DNA from: the human T2T-CHM13v2.0 reference genome, Homo sapiens
Direction: 5' to 3' (one strand)
Length of the DNA: 64,000 nt
NCBI RefSeq assembly: GCF_009914755.1
Contig: NC_060927.1
Of this stretch, positions 61,952-64,000 are shown piece after piece. The notes beneath the pieces were generated by a model. The model ran no database searches. It was not told the DNA's origin and saw nothing but the letters and a program-made list of their open reading frames with translations. The position numbers were made by a program, and so were the translations under genes. Position 1 is the first letter of the stretch. The number at the start of each line of letters is the position of its first letter.

Positions 61952-62556
61952 TCATTTTATAAAAATTGGGAAGACACCATAGCACTCTTTTTCATATATA
62001 ATAGTTAAAAGTGTCACTGATTGATCAATGGTTTCTTTTAAAAAGAAGGAAAAAAGAATACTGTAAAGCAAGATGAGTGAGGCTCCTTGGACCTCAGTGC
62101 TTGTTCTAATGAAGAGGGCTGTTTGCATCTCAAGGTGGGCACTTGGAGATGTGCAGTTACCACGAACAACCTCCTATTCTTTCAACTCAAATGCAGTGGT
62201 TACTGAAAAAAATCTCTGCAGATTTACAGATGAATCCCCTAAAGCCAGATGACTGTTCTACTGGTGAACAGAACAATTACTTTCAGGTCCCACTAGAGTG
62301 ACCTTACTCTCAACTCAACACAAGGCCAAATACCAAGAGGGAACCTGCCTCCTCTGCACCTGGTTGTTGCTAAAGGTATGATTCCTGCTCCCAGAGAAAC
62401 AGTATAAATGGCTGCAGGAGTGGAGGTGGCAAGGCTTGCTCTTACATTCTAAATACCTTCCACAGAGCCCATGTTAATTATGGGACACCACACTTCTGGC
62501 AGGCTCAAATACAGTTAGGTGCTAAAGAGTTCCAGAAAACCTTGTTTCTTGGGCAT

Positions 62557-62888
62557 TGCTATGGTTTGTGGTCCCTCCAAAATTCAGGTGTTGCCAATGT
62601 CTGTAGTATTAAGAGGCAAGGCCTTTAGGAGGTGGTTAAACCTTGAAGCCTGCTCTGTCTCTTTAACGGATTAAAGCCCTTATAAAATAGGCTTCATGCA
62701 GCATTTGGCAAGCTTGCCTTTTTGCCTTTTGCCATGAGAGGATATAGCAAGATGGCCCTTACCAAATTGAGTGCCAGCCCCTTGATCTTAGATGTCCCAG
62801 CCTCACACTGTGAAAAATAAATTTCTGCTCTTTATAAATTACTGAGTTGCAGTTACTCTGTTGTAGCAGCACAAAATGGACTAAGACA
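62557..62888 (+). mobile_element. MaLR solo LTR (MST-type)
   Basis: tgctatggtttg...aaaatggactaagaca; 5-bp TSD ggcat/ggcaa. Confidence 0.88.
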
Positions 62889-63585
62889 GGCAACACACAC
62901 AAAGGCCTAATAGTTTCTCACCATTTCTCTGAAAGAAACACACAGCTCACTTAGGGCTGTAGTTCTTAAGCTGTGACCTCTCACAGGTCTACTAATGACA
63001 TTAGAGAAGCTTGCAAACACTTCCCCCCACAAATATAGGCAAAATGTGTTAATGAGAATCTTTCCAGGAAGGCTTTTTATAACTTCCTGGATCTAGATTT
63101 GTATTGGGTCCATGTCCTTAAAGTGGTTGAGAAACAGGTCCTTAAAAAGATGAACACTTGACCTGAAGGCAAGACCAGAGTCTGCAATGGACATACTGTG
63201 ATTACTTATTTGTGAACTTTTGCCAAGTGAAATCCAGACAAAGTGCAGAGTCAAGTGATCTCATGTGTCCAAATGACAGAATGCTGATGGGATATCCAGA
63301 CACTATCAAGATGCAGAGAGATTCAAATGTGGGCTAATGAATAACTGGTTTCTATTTATATCATTATGAACATTACAGGCCCTGAAAAAAGATTACCCAT
63401 TCATTACTTTGTACACTCAATCTTCTGATGGTGTCTAAATATTTTTATGAGACTACTGCCATCATTTGCCATATTTGGGATAGTTGTATAATAATATTAT
63501 TAAACAAAAGTAACTGCCACTTATTAGGTACTTCAGTGCCAGATGCTAGCTCTAACCCCCTCAATAACATTAAAATGTAGTTTTA

Positions 63586-63869
63586 TTTCTAAATTGATAA
63601 TAGTGATGTTTCAATACATATCATCTACAGTGATTAGATCAGAGTAATTAGTATATCCATCATTTCAAACATTTATCATTTCTTTATGTTGGGAACATTC
63701 AATATCCTCCTATTTGAAACTATATATTACTGCTAACTACAGTCACCCTATAGTGCTATACAACACTAGAACTTATTCCTCCTGTCTAGCTGTAATTTTG
63801 CATCCTTTAACAAACACTAGAGGCTAGGAAGGGTGGGGGAAGGAGGGATAGGGAGAAATTTGTTAAAAG
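63586..63869 (-). mobile_element. L1MA-type 3' end with an inverted 5' segment
   Basis: 63586-63814 is antisense 3'UTR; 63815-63869 is the adjacent 3'UTR segment in the opposite orientation; TSD gtagtttta. Confidence 0.8.
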
Positions 63870-63881
63870 GTAGTTTTAAAA

Positions 63882-64000
63882 TATTTTATTTTTAGAGACA
63901 GGGTCTCGCTCTGTCACCCAGGCTGGAATGCAGTAGTAGCACAATCCATAGCTCGCTGCAGCCTCGGACTCCTGGGCTCAAGCAATCTTCCTGCTTCAAC
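63882..64000 (-). mobile_element. AluJ/FRAM, cut by the window edge
   Basis: agagacagggtctcgctctgtcacccagg... Confidence 0.85.

Overview
This is primate (very probably human) genomic DNA, almost all intronic. No prokaryotic features (CRISPR, rRNA, operons) are present. Four minus-strand exons with canonical GT-AG boundaries (34389-34454, 32200-32294, 23243-23335, 8656-8740) join in frame into MTEGRHCQVHLLDDRRLELLVQ-PKLLARELLDLVASHFNLKEKEYFGITFIDDT-GQQNWLQLDHRVLDHDLPKKPGPTILHFAVR-FYIESISFLKDKTTVELFFLNAKACVHK. I recognise this as the N-terminal FERM-domain region of FRMD4B (exons 2-5 by recollection of the canonical transcript). The rest is roughly 50 Alu-family copies plus L1, L2, MIR, LTR (MER41B, MER34-like, LTR33-like, MST) and DNA-transposon (MER20, MER63, MER5A, MER104) relics, with microsatellites and a few motif-rich unique patches. 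Main leads: (1) exons 2-5 total 339 nt, run phase 0 to phase 0, start on ATG, contain no stop and are bracketed by inverted Alus, so a back-spliced circle would be an endless ORF. (2) The exon 2 donor is one unit of a 4x15-nt repeat that holds a second identical in-frame donor. (3) A MER41B LTR keeps both GAS sites and an IRF site. (4) A pristine AluYc1-type insertion sits inside a 51-bp duplication just upstream of exon 2. (5) Alu orientation is fully polarised within introns 3 and 4. Repeat boundaries and subfamily names are by eye and approximate, and many short MIR/L2 fragments are not listed.
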